Part shown: piece by piece, positions 32,700-43,270 of the stretch
How the letters are laid out: each line of letters starts with the position of its first letter
How positions within the stretch are numbered: the stretch's first letter is position 1
From: a candidate division FCPU426 bacterium
GTDB taxonomy: Bacteria > Oederibacteriota > Muellerivitia > Muellerivitales > Muellerivitaceae
Direction: 5' to 3'
NCBI GenBank assembly: GCA_963847625.1
Contig: CAWKAR010000057.1
Coordinates: 1 to 64,000 of the forward strand
DNA length: 64,000 nt
Made by a program: the position numbers and the translations under genes
The notes under the pieces: generated by a model
What the model was told of the DNA's origin: nothing
What the model saw: the letters and a program-made list of their open reading frames with translations, nothing else
The model's database searches: none

Positions 32700-33698
32700 T
32701 TATTTATAAATGGTCACTGTAGCTGAATAACCCGCGGCGAAGGATGAATTCCACGTTGGGGCGCCCGTAAAAGACGTGGTTTGGTTCTGGACATCGGCTT
32801 GCACCAGGTAAGTCACCCCTCCCGTCGCGGGATAGGCCGTGACCGGTATGGCAAAAGGGGAATCAATATCCGGGGGTGACGAATAGTAGGTCTGGAGGTA
32901 ATTGTTGGTGCCTATCTGCTTTAAAACAAAGAGGTAATCATTGCTCCCTTCCGCGGTCCAAGTGGCCGTGGTTCCCGCGGAATTAATGGAAATGGTTCCA
33001 TCGGGGCCGGATACCTGCGCTGAAAGCGCCGTTCCGATGGATGTGCTGACTGACATCTGGTAGACACCGGATTGGTAAGAAAGCGCAAAGTCGCTTAAGG
33101 AATAGTAAGCCTTAGTACCACCGGAGATGGAGTTAAAAGGTGCGGTGACCGACCCCGATGGGCCTGTAATGACCACCAAATCAGTGGTTTCGGGCGCCCC
33201 ATTGACCTGCATGTTGATGTCGGCCCTGAGGTAGGATGCCGTACCGTATACAATTCCCTGGACCCATATGGTTGGTACTGGCGTCAGCGTCGCGGTTCGG
33301 GTAACCGTAGGGCTTAAGGTGTTGGTCGGCGTCGGGGTGATGGTCGGTGAGTTCGTGATCGTGGGAGTATTTGTGATGGTGGGGGTATTCGTAATAGTGG
33401 GCGTGTTGGTGCTGGTGCCAGTATTAGTGGGTGTATTAGTAATCGTCGGAGTATTCGTGATCGTGGGAGTGTTGGTGATGGTCGGAGTGAGGGTGAAGGT
33501 GGAGGTGCTTGTTTTGGTCGGCGTGTTGGTAATCGTGGGCGTCAAACTGATGGTCGGGGTGTTCGTGGGGGCGGACGACGCCACGGGCGAGGCGGGGCTT
33601 TGGTTCCCGGAACTGCAGGAGATCACGATAGGGATGGCGGTTATGAGTAAAAAGGGGAAAAAGCCTAATGAAATCATCCCAAAAGGACGAGCCTTCAT
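32700..33698 (-). CDS. Putative lipoprotein with long TNTPTI repeats
   Basis: VISC lipobox-like motif; Thr/Pro tandem repeats. Confidence 0.75.
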   Translation of the reverse strand: MKARPFGMISLGFFPFLLITAIPIVISCSSGNQSPASPVASSAPTNTPTISLTPTITNTPTKTSTSTFTLTPTITNTPTITNTPTITNTPTNTGTSTNTPTITNTPTITNTPTITNSPTITPTPTNTLSPTVTRTATLTPVPTIWVQGIVYGTASYLRADINMQVNGAPETTDLVVITGPSGSVTAPFNSISGGTKAYYSLSDFALSYQSGVYQMSVSTSIGTALSAQVSGPDGTISINSAGTTATWTAEGSNDYLFVLKQIGTNNYLQTYYSSPPDIDSPFAIPVTAYPATGGVTYLVQADVQNQTTSFTGAPTWNSSFAAGYSATVTIYK

Positions 33699-34046
33699 AA
33701 AGCACCCCTCAAGCCATCAATTTTATTCATGAAAATCATCCTGTTATTTGACGAGCCTGATAGTGATTAGACGGCCAGCACCGGGAAATAGTCGCAAATA
33801 TAACTTAAACAAGGGGTTGGGCTCTTCGATATGCTTCGCTACTCAGGGCAGGCCTCCAGGGAACCCTGTTCTATCGGCAGGCAACCTTCAAACAACAATT
33901 AAAAGCTTATAAATGCTCCGCACAACCGGCTTTCCGGGCTAGAAGAAATTCGGGGGGAAGAAACACAATTTACAATGAATAATGGACAATGAAGGATTGA
34001 TGGCTAATCGTTCTCGGAAGAGTTTTCAAGCACGCGATGGAATAAC

Positions 34047-35651
34047 CTATTTCAGAAGAAGAACCCTTTTTATTTTCCGGTTATAAGGCTCGGTGAGGTA
34101 CAAGACATAAACCCCGCTCGCGCAAGGGTCTCCGAATTTGTTCTTACTGTCCCAAAGGTAAGAAGCGGCAATCGGCGCTTCCAAATGCCCCTCATCCAGA
34201 GTCCGAATGTGTTCCCCGGCCGAATTATAAATCCGCAATGAATAATTGCCCGGATACTTGCAATAGGAAACATAGATTGAGACTGGGCCGTTGCCCGGGG
34301 AAAATTCGTTTTTCGAGACGTAAAACTCATCGCAGGACGGAAGCGGTGTTGAGGTCGGCGTCGGGGTGACGGTCATGGTTATGGTTTCCGTGGGGGTGTT
34401 AGTAGGGCTAAACGTAGGCGTGTTGGTAACGGTGAAGGTATCCGTCGGGGTACTCGTTGGCGTGGGCGTCGATGTTGGCGTAGCCGTAAGCGTAGCGGTG
34501 AGGGACACCGTAGGTGTCATCGAAGCCGTTGCCGTACTGGTAAGGGTTGCGGTGGGCGCTAGGGCGCTTACTTTCCGAATCCGGTTGTTGGAAGTATCGG
34601 CGATATAAAAGTTACCCGCACTATCCACAAACACGGCCATGGGTAAATTGATTTGGGCCGCTGTCGCGGGCCCGCCGTCCCCCGAGGAACCCAGGGTGCC
34701 ATTTCCAGCCACCGTGGTAATCACGCCTGCAATCGCATCGACAAACCGGATACGGCCATTCCCGGAATCCGCGATATAAAGGTTTCCCATTCCGTCCAAT
34801 GCCAAACCGCCGCAAAAAGAAATCTTCGCGGCCGTGGCGGGCCCGCCGTCCCCCGAATAACCGGATGTACCGGTACCCGCTACCGTCGTGATGATTCCCG
34901 TCACCGCATCCACCCGGCGGACGCGATTATTGTTAAAATCCGAGATATAAATATCCCCGGACGCGTCCAGCGCCACATCATGAGGGGTGAAAAGATTGGC
35001 CGCCGTGGCCGGCCCGCCGTCCCCTGAGTAACCCGGCGTACCCGTGCCCGCCACCGTGGTGATGACACCGGTCGCCGCGTCCACTTTTCGGACACGGTCG
35101 TTTATAAAATCGGCGATATAAATGTTTCCGGTATTATCAACCGCGACTCCCGGCGGTTGATTCAGTTGCGCCAAGGTCGCCGGCCCGCCGTCCCCTGAGT
35201 AACCCGGCGTAGCCGTACCCGCCACCGTGGTGATGACGCTGGTACCCGCGTCCACGCGCCGGATGCTGTTGTTGGAGGTATCCGCGAAATAAATGTCCCC
35301 GGAACCATCCATTACCAGGTTATAGGGATTGTTGATCATTGCCGCCGTGGCCTGCCCCCCGTCCCCCGAGTAACCCGCCGTACCCGTGCCCACTACCGTG
35401 GTGATGACACTGGTGCCCGCGTCCACGCGCCGGATGCGGTTGTTGGAGGTATCCGAGAGATAAATGTTTCCCGCGCTGTCCACCGCCACGCCATAGGGGC
35501 TGTTGATCCGGGCGGCGGTGGCCGGCCCGCCGTCCCCCGAATATCCCCATGTGCCATTGCCTGCCACCGTCGTGATGATTTGGCCCCGGACGCCGGAAGA
35601 AAATAGGAGAAGAATTATTAAAAGAGGAAATAATTTATGGAGTGCTTTCAT
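34047..35651 (-). CDS. NHL-repeat surface protein with FlgD-Ig-like C-terminal domain
   Basis: Six ITTVAG.G..GYSGDGGPAT repeats; C-terminal domain nearly identical to that of the SBBP paralogs. Confidence 0.9.
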   Translation of the reverse strand: MKALHKLFPLLIILLLFSSGVRGQIITTVAGNGTWGYSGDGGPATAARINSPYGVAVDSAGNIYLSDTSNNRIRRVDAGTSVITTVVGTGTAGYSGDGGQATAAMINNPYNLVMDGSGDIYFADTSNNSIRRVDAGTSVITTVAGTATPGYSGDGGPATLAQLNQPPGVAVDNTGNIYIADFINDRVRKVDAATGVITTVAGTGTPGYSGDGGPATAANLFTPHDVALDASGDIYISDFNNNRVRRVDAVTGIITTVAGTGTSGYSGDGGPATAAKISFCGGLALDGMGNLYIADSGNGRIRFVDAIAGVITTVAGNGTLGSSGDGGPATAAQINLPMAVFVDSAGNFYIADTSNNRIRKVSALAPTATLTSTATASMTPTVSLTATLTATPTSTPTPTSTPTDTFTVTNTPTFSPTNTPTETITMTVTPTPTSTPLPSCDEFYVSKNEFSPGNGPVSIYVSYCKYPGNYSLRIYNSAGEHIRTLDEGHLEAPIAASYLWDSKNKFGDPCASGVYVLYLTEPYNRKIKRVLLLK

Positions 35652-35909
35652 GGCTTCATCCGGAATCAGGATTTAAGTTTATTATCTCACATGTCCTGAA
35701 ATAACGACGGTTGGGAAGCTTTATCCAATGCCCGATCGGGACATGAATGGCGGCAGTAGGAGGAAAACGATGGAACTTCGCGGAAGAAATGGGGGAGGAA
35801 GAAACACAATTTACAATGAATAATGGACAATGAAGAATTGATAGCTCATTGTTCTCGGAAGAGTTTTCAAAACCTCAAACCCTTACCGAATATCTGAGTG
35901 ATATGAATA

Positions 35910-37192
35910 TTATTGAATTTCCCGGATCATGTTGTTGCCTGAATCCGCCACATAAACGATCCCCGTATTGCCCACCGCAACCCCAAAGGGGCCTTTGAAG
36001 GAAGCCCCCGTGCCCGTGCCGTTCGAAGAACCCGGAGTCGTCGACCCCGCCAGCGTGGACACCACGCCTCCGGGGGTGATTTTGCGAATCATGTTGTTGC
36101 CGCAATCCGCGACATAAACGGTGCCCGAATCATCCACGGCCACGCCGATGGGATAATTAAACGTGGCGGCGGTACCGGTGGCGTTCGTGGCCCCGGTGAC
36201 GCCGGCTTGCCCCGCCAGGGTCGAAACCATCCCTCCCGGCGTGATCTTCCGGATCAGGTTGTTGAGCGAGTCGCCCACATAAACATTCCCCGCGCCGTCC
36301 ACCGCCACACCTTGGGGCCAATAAAAGGAGGCGCCCGTGCCTGTTCCGTTCGCGGAACCGGGGCTCGAGGTGCCTGCCAGGGTCGAGACGAGCCCGCCGG
36401 AGGTGATGACCCGGATCATGTTGTTGTACCGGTCGGCGACATAAACATTTCCCGAAGCATCCACGGCCACGCCTTGGGGCCCGTTAAACGATGCCGCCGT
36501 TCCAACACCGTTGGAGGAACCGTAGGCCATGGAGCCCGCCAGGGTCGTCACCACGGCTCCCGGCGCTATTTTCCGGATCAGGTTGTTGCCGAAATCCGCG
36601 ACATATACGTTTCCGGAGCCGTCCACCGCCACCCCGTCCGGGCCGTAAAACAAGGCGGCCGTTCCCGTGCCGTTGGAGGATCCCCCCCAGATCGAACCCG
36701 CCAGCGTCGTCACGACCCCCCCTGGTGAAATTTCCCGGATCAAGTTATTCGTGGAATCCCCCACGCAAACATTTCCCGAGGAATCCACAGCCACTCCGAT
36801 GGGGAAGCTGAAGGAGGCGGCGGAACCCGTGCCGTTCGTGGAACCAAAGGTCGTTGAACCGGCCATGGTGGACACCACGGCCCCGTTGGTCATCGCGGTG
36901 GGGTGGAGGTGAAGGTGCAGGTATTCATGGGGTAATTGCAGGGCGTGCTGGTGTTGACCGGGGTGAAAGTATTTGTGGGTGTGAGAGTGAGCGTCGGGGT
37001 GAGGGTTTTGGTGGGGGTGCAGGTGTTCCCAGGATAGCCGCAAGGAGTAAGGGTCGATGTGGGTGTGGGAGTCGCGGTGTGCGCGGGCGGTGGTGAAGAA
37101 GGGCTTTTATTATTGCTGCAGGCGAGCGGGAAAAACCAAAAAAACGATAACATTAAAAGAATGAAAACAAGCAGATAAATTAATCGGCGCAT
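35910..37192 (-). CDS. NHL-repeat lipoprotein with a -1 indel at about 36900
   Basis: PLAC lipobox in ORF 36890..37198 and NHL repeats in ORF 35910..37043; adding one base in the G run joins them. Confidence 0.8.
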
Positions 37193-37608
37193 AAACACCC
37201 CCCGGCAAAAGCATCTTCAAAAAAGTTCATACAGCTTACCCCTCCCACGATTATTGGACAACTTTTAACAACTATGAAGTATTTATCCTTAAAACAAAGG
37301 TCGGCTGCGAGAAGTCCAAAACGATGGAACTTCGCGGAAGAAATTGGAGAGGGGTGTTCAGGTTGGATTTATGTCTAAATTTTCGGAAGAGTTTGGCGGG
37401 ATAAAGCAAGGGGGAAATGCCTCAAAAACAGATCTTGTAAAATGTACCCTACTACACGCTGACCCGTCTCCCGAAGTCTTGACATAGGGAGAGGTGCGGG
37501 AAGTCTGACCCCCTTTTTTTCAACCAATAATAAAAAAGGCGTCCCCTCGAGGGGGACGCCCAAAACATTGACGGCTAAGTTTCTAACTGAAGTATTGGTG
37601 ACTTTAGG

Positions 37609-38046
37609 TTATTTTCCCCATTGGCCCGGCGGGGGTTTCATTCCAGGCGGCATAGGTTGGGGGTTCAATTCCGGATTTTTGATGGTTCCATCACCTCCCC
37701 CGGGTTTATGGTTTCCGGGTCTTGTGCGGTTCACTCCATCCTCGCCATCTTTATACTGCGAGATACTAGTATCCCCAGCATTCCCATTTCTATGGTGTTT
37801 TGCGCGCATAACACCATCTTCTCCATCTTTATATTCCGGATGTTTTGTGTTTTTCAGGTGAGAGGACACGCTTTTCCTGCCATGCTTTTTTTCCGAGGCG
37901 TGACCACTGTTTTTCGCGTCATGATGCTTTAACGATTTCTTGTGGGCGGCTGTGATCCCTCCGTCAGTGGCATGCGCGTCGGCCAGAGCCATCCCCGTCC
38001 CGGCTATAAACAGCAAACCTGCCAAAACCGCGATAATATTTTTCAT
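37609..38046 (-). CDS. Small secreted protein with two YKDGEDG repeats, DAKNSGHASEK and ELNPQPMPP
   Basis: Paralog of 21526-21987, including the downstream terminator. Confidence 0.8.
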   Translation of the reverse strand: MKNIIAVLAGLLFIAGTGMALADAHATDGGITAAHKKSLKHHDAKNSGHASEKKHGRKSVSSHLKNTKHPEYKDGEDGVMRAKHHRNGNAGDTSISQYKDGEDGVNRTRPGNHKPGGGDGTIKNPELNPQPMPPGMKPPPGQWGK

Positions 38047-38384
38047 GGATACTGCCTCCTCTTTTATGCTTGCGTCGGTTTTTGCCCTCCGCCATGAGAC
38101 GAGGGGCCCAGTGAAAAGATTCCAACGTTATTGGGTGGATTATATATCATCAGCCTGCCGGCCCAAATATTTCATTTTAAAGTTTTTAAATGGATATTCG
38201 GAAAAAAGGGTCCAGGAAAAAAGGGTCAAGGCCTACATATTACACTATAGACTCGCCCCAAAACCTCATGCAAAAAAACAGGCTCTTATTATGCCACCAA
38301 TTTGAACAATGAAAAATGAACCCATTCGACAAGCTCAGGGCTGACGGATTCTAGGGATTTACCGCAGGCCCATTCTGAAAGCAA

Positions 38385-39263
38385 TCACCCCTTGGGTGCA
38401 TTGGCCCTCAGGAACTTTCTAACCCTCTTCTTCGCTTCTTCCCGGTTCGTGAAAATGGACACATGCTCCCCGCCCTCGATGGTGAGCAGTTCCGCCCCGG
38501 GAATCCTTTCCCCCAAAACCTTCCCGTGCTTCTCGAAGGGCACCATCCGGTCCGCGGTGCCGTGAATGACCAGCGTGGGAACGGCGACTTTTTCCAGGGG
38601 AAAATCCGTGGTCTGGGTCACCCTTATGTCGTTCTCGGTCCCGGTCAGCCGCAGGTGCATCCGGTCGAAGGTGCTTAATATCAGTTCCATCAAAAGGGGC
38701 CCCGCCTGGGGGTCCTTTAATGTCCTGGCCCGAACGGCCGGATCGGCAATGGAGGGGCGGGCGGCTTTGTCCGGGTCCTTCCCCGCCTTTTTTTTCATCA
38801 TGGTGGAGAACCAGGGTATCCGGGCGATAAGCTTGAAAACCTGGAACGCGAAAGGGATGGGGGTATCCACCACCTCGCCGGTGGTCGAAACCAGGACCAG
38901 CCCCCAGCACCTCTCCCGGTGCCTCAGGGCAAAATGGATCGCGTTGGGGCCGCCCCCGGAAACCGCCATCACCGCCGTTTTTTTAACCCCGAGCGTATCG
39001 AGAAGGTCCGCCAGAAGGTCCGCCTGCTCCTCCGAGGTCTTTCCCGATTTCAACGGCGTCCGGAGGTAGCCGGGCCTGGAAACCCCGATGAACCGGTAAC
39101 CTTCCCCGCCGACGGTGCGGGCAAGAAGCAGGCTTTGGTCATAGCCCCCCATCGCCCCGTGGAGGCACAATATTGCCGGGCCTTCCCCATACTCGGCGTA
39201 TTCGACCGGTCCCCTGGGCGTTTGCAGGATTTTTGGTTCCGGATTTTTCGTGATCTCGGCCAC
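38385..39263 (-). CDS. Alpha/beta-fold hydrolase
   Basis: LHGAMGG, AVSGGG nucleophile elbow, LVIHGTAD and GGEH motifs. Confidence 0.9.
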   Translation of the reverse strand: MAEITKNPEPKILQTPRGPVEYAEYGEGPAILCLHGAMGGYDQSLLLARTVGGEGYRFIGVSRPGYLRTPLKSGKTSEEQADLLADLLDTLGVKKTAVMAVSGGGPNAIHFALRHRERCWGLVLVSTTGEVVDTPIPFAFQVFKLIARIPWFSTMMKKKAGKDPDKAARPSIADPAVRARTLKDPQAGPLLMELILSTFDRMHLRLTGTENDIRVTQTTDFPLEKVAVPTLVIHGTADRMVPFEKHGKVLGERIPGAELLTIEGGEHVSIFTNREEAKKRVRKFLRANAPKG

Positions 39264-39469
39264 TTTTTTTCCTCCCTGATTTTCTTTAACAGCTATTGGT
39301 TTCAGCGCACGTCGAGGAACATCTCGCGGAATTCAATTCCCTGTCTTTTCCCGCCCCGGACGGACCAGCACATCTGGATTCTTGAAGCCAAATCAGGGGC
39401 CATGTACCTATATGTAACATGGGAGCTTTATTTTCCTTCAGGCTCATTCTATGAAATTAAGGCCCAATC

Positions 39470-39890
39470 GGGGAATCCCTCCACGAGTTCGGGGCAGGCC
39501 TCTCGAAAGAACCTGTGGTGATCTAGTCGAAGCAGGCGGGAACAAGGGAACCCGGTAAACCGGTAAAGCCGGTAAATCCAGTAAAGCCGGTAAATCTGGT
39601 AAACCTGGTAAACGCAGTAAAGCCGGTGAATGCGGTGAACCCGGTAAACCCAGTGAACCCGGTGAACGCGGTGAACCTGGTAAATCCGGTAAACCCCTCG
39701 ACAAGTCCGACGGTGAGCTTGTCGAACTGCTCGGGGCAGGCCCGGGAACCCCGGAACTCTGGAACGGGTTCGACTCCCGTTGGTCGCTCACCGCAGGCTG
39801 GCCAAGAACCGGGAACCCCTCGACAAGCTCGGGGCAGGCTTGTCGAACGGTTTGATTAACTCACCGCAGGACCACTCGGGGCAGGCCCCC
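39470..39890. repeat. 9-bp tandem repeats (CCGGTAAA(G/C/T)) flanked by REP-like TCGACAAGCTCGGGGCAGG elements
   Basis: Read directly; related copies at about 33825-33852 and 38321-38342. Confidence 0.8.
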
Positions 39891-39922
39891 CGGAACCTGC
39901 CAGAGCGAAAAAAGTGATCGTC

Positions 39923-42133
39923 CTATCTGAGGACGATCACTTTTCTTATCAACCTCCCGACCGGTTCCTCGATAATCACAAAATAAACACCATTCCCCAC
40001 GATAACGCCATCATTGTTGGTCCCGTCCCACTGGGTTCTGTAATTCCCATGGCCCTTGTACTCGTCCATGATCTTCTTGACTTCCTCACCCGCGATGTTG
40101 AATACCATGATTTTGACGCTGCCGGCTTGATCCACCCTCACGTCCATCCCCAATGGGCCCTTGTCAGGATTGAAATAGTTAACATCCAAATATAACTTGG
40201 CATTCGGGGTGATCGTAGCCCGCGGGGTATTGGTGATGGTGGGCGTGCCGGTGATGGTTGGCGTTTGGGTCGGTGTGGGTGTGCTTGTTGGAGGCAGGGT
40301 ATTCGTGGCTGTGGGCGTCGGGGTGGTGGTGTAGGTGGAGGTCGGGGTCCCGGAAGGCGTGGGTGTCATCGTGACTGAGGGCGTAAAGGAAGGCGTGAGG
40401 GTGGGTGTTGAGGTCGGTGTAGGCGTAGCCGTCGGGGTGTTGGACGGCGACAGGGTAAAGGTAGGCGTCGGGGTTTGGGTTGGCGTATTGGTGGACGTGG
40501 CCGTGAAGGTATCCGTCGGAGTGTTCGTGTTCGTCGATGTGTAGGAAGAAGTTGGCGAAGCCGAAGGCGTAGCGGTGAGCGTAGGCGGCGGAGTCAAAGT
40601 GACCGTGTTGGTCACTGTCGGGGTAGCCGAATCCGTTGGGGTAGGGGTCGGCGTTTTCGTGACCGTTGGCGTGAGGGAAGGATAAGAGTTTGTAGAGGTA
40701 GAAGTAGGCGAAGCGGTAGGGGTAGCCGTCATTGTGGGCGTGTCAGATGGAATATCAGTCGGGGTGTCGGTTGACGTGTCCGTGACCGTTGGCGTGGAGG
40801 AAAGAGTATAAGCCGGCGTATTAGAGATCGTGGGTGTCGGCGTCAATGTCGGTGTATCGGATGGTGTATCGGCCGGTGTGTCCGTCATTGTGGGCGTGTC
40901 AGATGGAATATCAGTCGGTGTGCCGGTTGACGTGTCCGTGACCGTTGGCGTGTCTGTGGGAGTATCAATAGGCATATTCGTCATTGTGGGCGTAACCGTA
41001 GACGTGTTGGTCGACGTCGGGGTTGGGGTAATCAAGGGGGTGGAAGTGGGAGAATTGGAAGGGGTGCAGGTCGGTGAATTGGACGAGGTGAAGGTTGGCG
41101 TGATGGCCGGTGTTAAAGAGTTTGTAGAGGTAGCGGTAGGCGAAGCAGTAGGGGTAGCCGATGAAGTCGGTGTCAACGAACTCGTTGGGGTATTGGTGGG
41201 AGTACGAGTCGGGGTATTGGTGGGGGTCGGAGTCGGGGTGTTGGTCGGCCCACCACTCAAAATTTCGACGCCCCAGCCATAGCCGGACGCTGAGACATTG
41301 TTGGGGTTAAAGCTCTGGCTAATGCTGATGGCTGACGTGGTCCCGGGCGAATAATCACTTAAAGCAAAGCCTAACGCGTCTGAACCCATCGTGGCTGGAG
41401 TAAGGGGATATCGAACGGTGCCATTGACCACAGCGTAACTGCCCGGATTCGTGCTGCCCTGCGTCAAAAGCATCTGGAGAATCGTGCTGGTGGAACTTAA
41501 AGGCGTGAAACTAAAGGAAACAGTCGCCGGTGTGCTGTTGGCCAGGCTGGTGACGTAATTCGAGGCGTTGACGCTGGTGGTGCCGATGGGGGATGTGCTT
41601 GACGCGTTGCTATAGGTCCACCACTCATATCTCCAGGAACACGAACTGTTGCCGCAGGCCAAACCCGTGGTACCTTCGGCGATGGTCAGCGCGTGGGCGG
41701 ACGCGGGGTTCGCGATATAGTAAAGTGCCCGATACGCGGTTTGGAGGGCCGTATACGTGATGGGGCCGCCCAAGCTTGTCATCGCGGCGCCGTTATAAGT
41801 GATCGTGCCGGGAGTTGTCCCCCAAAAGGAGCCGTCGCCCTCAAGCAAGACGAATAAAACATAACTGCCCCCGGCGGAGGCGCCGAAATTGAGGGCGGAA
41901 ATGGTGACGCCGAGGCTGGTCAAAGAAGATGAAACCGTCGCGTCGTTGTCATAGCTGGGAACAGCGGCTACGGCGTTTCCAGTGGAAAAAATCAGGACTA
42001 GGAAAAATAAGGCGGAAATTAGTTTTGATCCAACTCGAGCCATTGGGCCCTTCGCGCGGGAGGATATCAGGAACGTCATTAAAACCGTAGGTAAAAGGGT
42101 TAACTTGAGGAAGGCAAACTTTTTCGTCGCCAT
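39923..42133 (-). CDS. Large secreted protein with a very long Thr/Pro linker and FlgD-Ig-like C-terminal domain
   Basis: [27 protein letters not shown]-terminus; start position uncertain. Confidence 0.82.
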   Translation of the reverse strand: MATKKFAFLKLTLLPTVLMTFLISSRAKGPMARVGSKLISALFFLVLIFSTGNAVAAVPSYDNDATVSSSLTSLGVTISALNFGASAGGSYVLFVLLEGDGSFWGTTPGTITYNGAAMTSLGGPITYTALQTAYRALYYIANPASAHALTIAEGTTGLACGNSSCSWRYEWWTYSNASSTSPIGTTSVNASNYVTSLANSTPATVSFSFTPLSSTSTILQMLLTQGSTNPGSYAVVNGTVRYPLTPATMGSDALGFALSDYSPGTTSAISISQSFNPNNVSASGYGWGVEILSGGPTNTPTPTPTNTPTRTPTNTPTSSLTPTSSATPTASPTATSTNSLTPAITPTFTSSNSPTCTPSNSPTSTPLITPTPTSTNTSTVTPTMTNMPIDTPTDTPTVTDTSTGTPTDIPSDTPTMTDTPADTPSDTPTLTPTPTISNTPAYTLSSTPTVTDTSTDTPTDIPSDTPTMTATPTASPTSTSTNSYPSLTPTVTKTPTPTPTDSATPTVTNTVTLTPPPTLTATPSASPTSSYTSTNTNTPTDTFTATSTNTPTQTPTPTFTLSPSNTPTATPTPTSTPTLTPSFTPSVTMTPTPSGTPTSTYTTTPTPTATNTLPPTSTPTPTQTPTITGTPTITNTPRATITPNAKLYLDVNYFNPDKGPLGMDVRVDQAGSVKIMVFNIAGEEVKKIMDEYKGHGNYRTQWDGTNNDGVIVGNGVYFVIIEEPVGRLIRKVIVLR

Positions 42134-42423
42134 GATGAGCTTTCAAAATAAGTTTTCGTGGTTGGTGAATTAAGAAAAGGTCACGGGACGACCCTTCGGG
42201 TCGCCACTTAGGCGGGGCAAATAACCCCGCCCAAGTACACGGCTAGGCCCCCGGGCAAGCCCGGGGGCCTTGGCAGCCGGTAATTACCAGTAATTATACC
42301 AGATTCACCCAATCTCGGAGGCCGTTGGAAATCGCCATAAAACAATACTAATTCTCGAATAAAAGTTGTCGCATATAACCGATAATCAGGGAACTCGGCC
42401 TATGCCGCCGGGAAATCCAGCCA

Positions 42424-42858
42424 TTATGATTTTTCCAGGATTTCCACGGCGCTTCTCACCAGTTTAGGACAAAGGGTCGTGGTTAATTTCCTGTCCGCGG
42501 CCATTTTGGAACCTTCCGGTGTGCTGAGGTCGCACCCCAACAATTCCCGGCAAATCAGGGAACCATTGAGTTTTTTGAACTCATCCATGAACTTGGAGGC
42601 CTCGTCATAGTTCTTTTTCTTGGCTTGGGAGTCGCCTTCCCTCACCATGGCGTGACGGAGCCCCATCACCATCAAAGCGCCCGTGACCGCCCCGCAAGTT
42701 TCAGCTTTACGAGCCATTCCCGCCCCAAAACTCCCGCCAACCCGCAAACAAGCTTCCTGATCCAAGCCCGCCTCCGGGCCGAAAGCGCCCAGGACGCTTT
42801 GGGCGCAATTGAAGCCCTTCTGGAACAGGTTTACGGCTTCCTCCGCATTGTTCGGCAT
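42424..42858 (-). CDS. C_GCAxxG_C_C family putative redox protein
   Basis: FNCAQS, TCGAVTG, LICRELLG and terminal C motif. Confidence 0.9.
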   Translation of the reverse strand: MPNNAEEAVNLFQKGFNCAQSVLGAFGPEAGLDQEACLRVGGSFGAGMARKAETCGAVTGALMVMGLRHAMVREGDSQAKKKNYDEASKFMDEFKKLNGSLICRELLGCDLSTPEGSKMAADRKLTTTLCPKLVRSAVEILEKS

Positions 42859-42868
42859 ATCATTCTCC

Positions 42869-43270
42869 TTATATCTGATATCGGTCCTTTATCCTTTTCT
42901 TAATTTCATCCCGGACTTCCCGGAAACTTTGGAGTTTTTCCTCGTCATTGTTTTTCCCAACCCCCGGGTCGGGCAGGCCCCAATGGAGGCGCTCGGCCTT
43001 CCCCAGGAAGACGGGACATAATTCCTCGGCGCAGAGGGTGATGACCATATCCACGGTCTTAGGGTCGATCTCCTCCACCGATTTGGAGCGCTGTTTTGAG
43101 ATATCAATCCCTATTTCCGCCATGGCCTTGATGGCGAAAGGGTTGACGGTGGAAGGATTGGAGCCGGCGCTTTGGATGAAGGCCTCACTTCCTAAAAGAT
43201 TCTTGGCCAGGCCTTCGGCCATCTGGCTCCTGGCTGAATTGCCAACGCAAAGAAAAAGGATTTTCCTCAC
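42869..43270 (-). CDS. arsC: Arsenate reductase (LMW-PTP family)
   Basis: [16 protein letters not shown] and HWGLPDP motifs; ars context. Confidence 0.92.
   Translation of the reverse strand: MRKILFLCVGNSARSQMAEGLAKNLLGSEAFIQSAGSNPSTVNPFAIKAMAEIGIDISKQRSKSVEEIDPKTVDMVITLCAEELCPVFLGKAERLHWGLPDPGVGKNNDEEKLQSFREVRDEIKKRIKDRYQI

Noticed and set aside
22353..35651. Diversity-generating retroelement acting on the repeated C-terminal domains
   Set aside because: There is no reverse transcriptase or non-coding template repeat, and differences between copies are not confined to adenines.
39764..39795. tRNA-like T-arm GGGTTCGACTCCC
   Set aside because: No D or anticodon arms are present, and it is embedded in the TTCGAC...GCTCACCGCAGG REP-like family.
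39444..39859. ORFs 39444..39791 and 39626..39859
   Set aside because: They are translations of 9-bp tandem repeats and REP-like elements.
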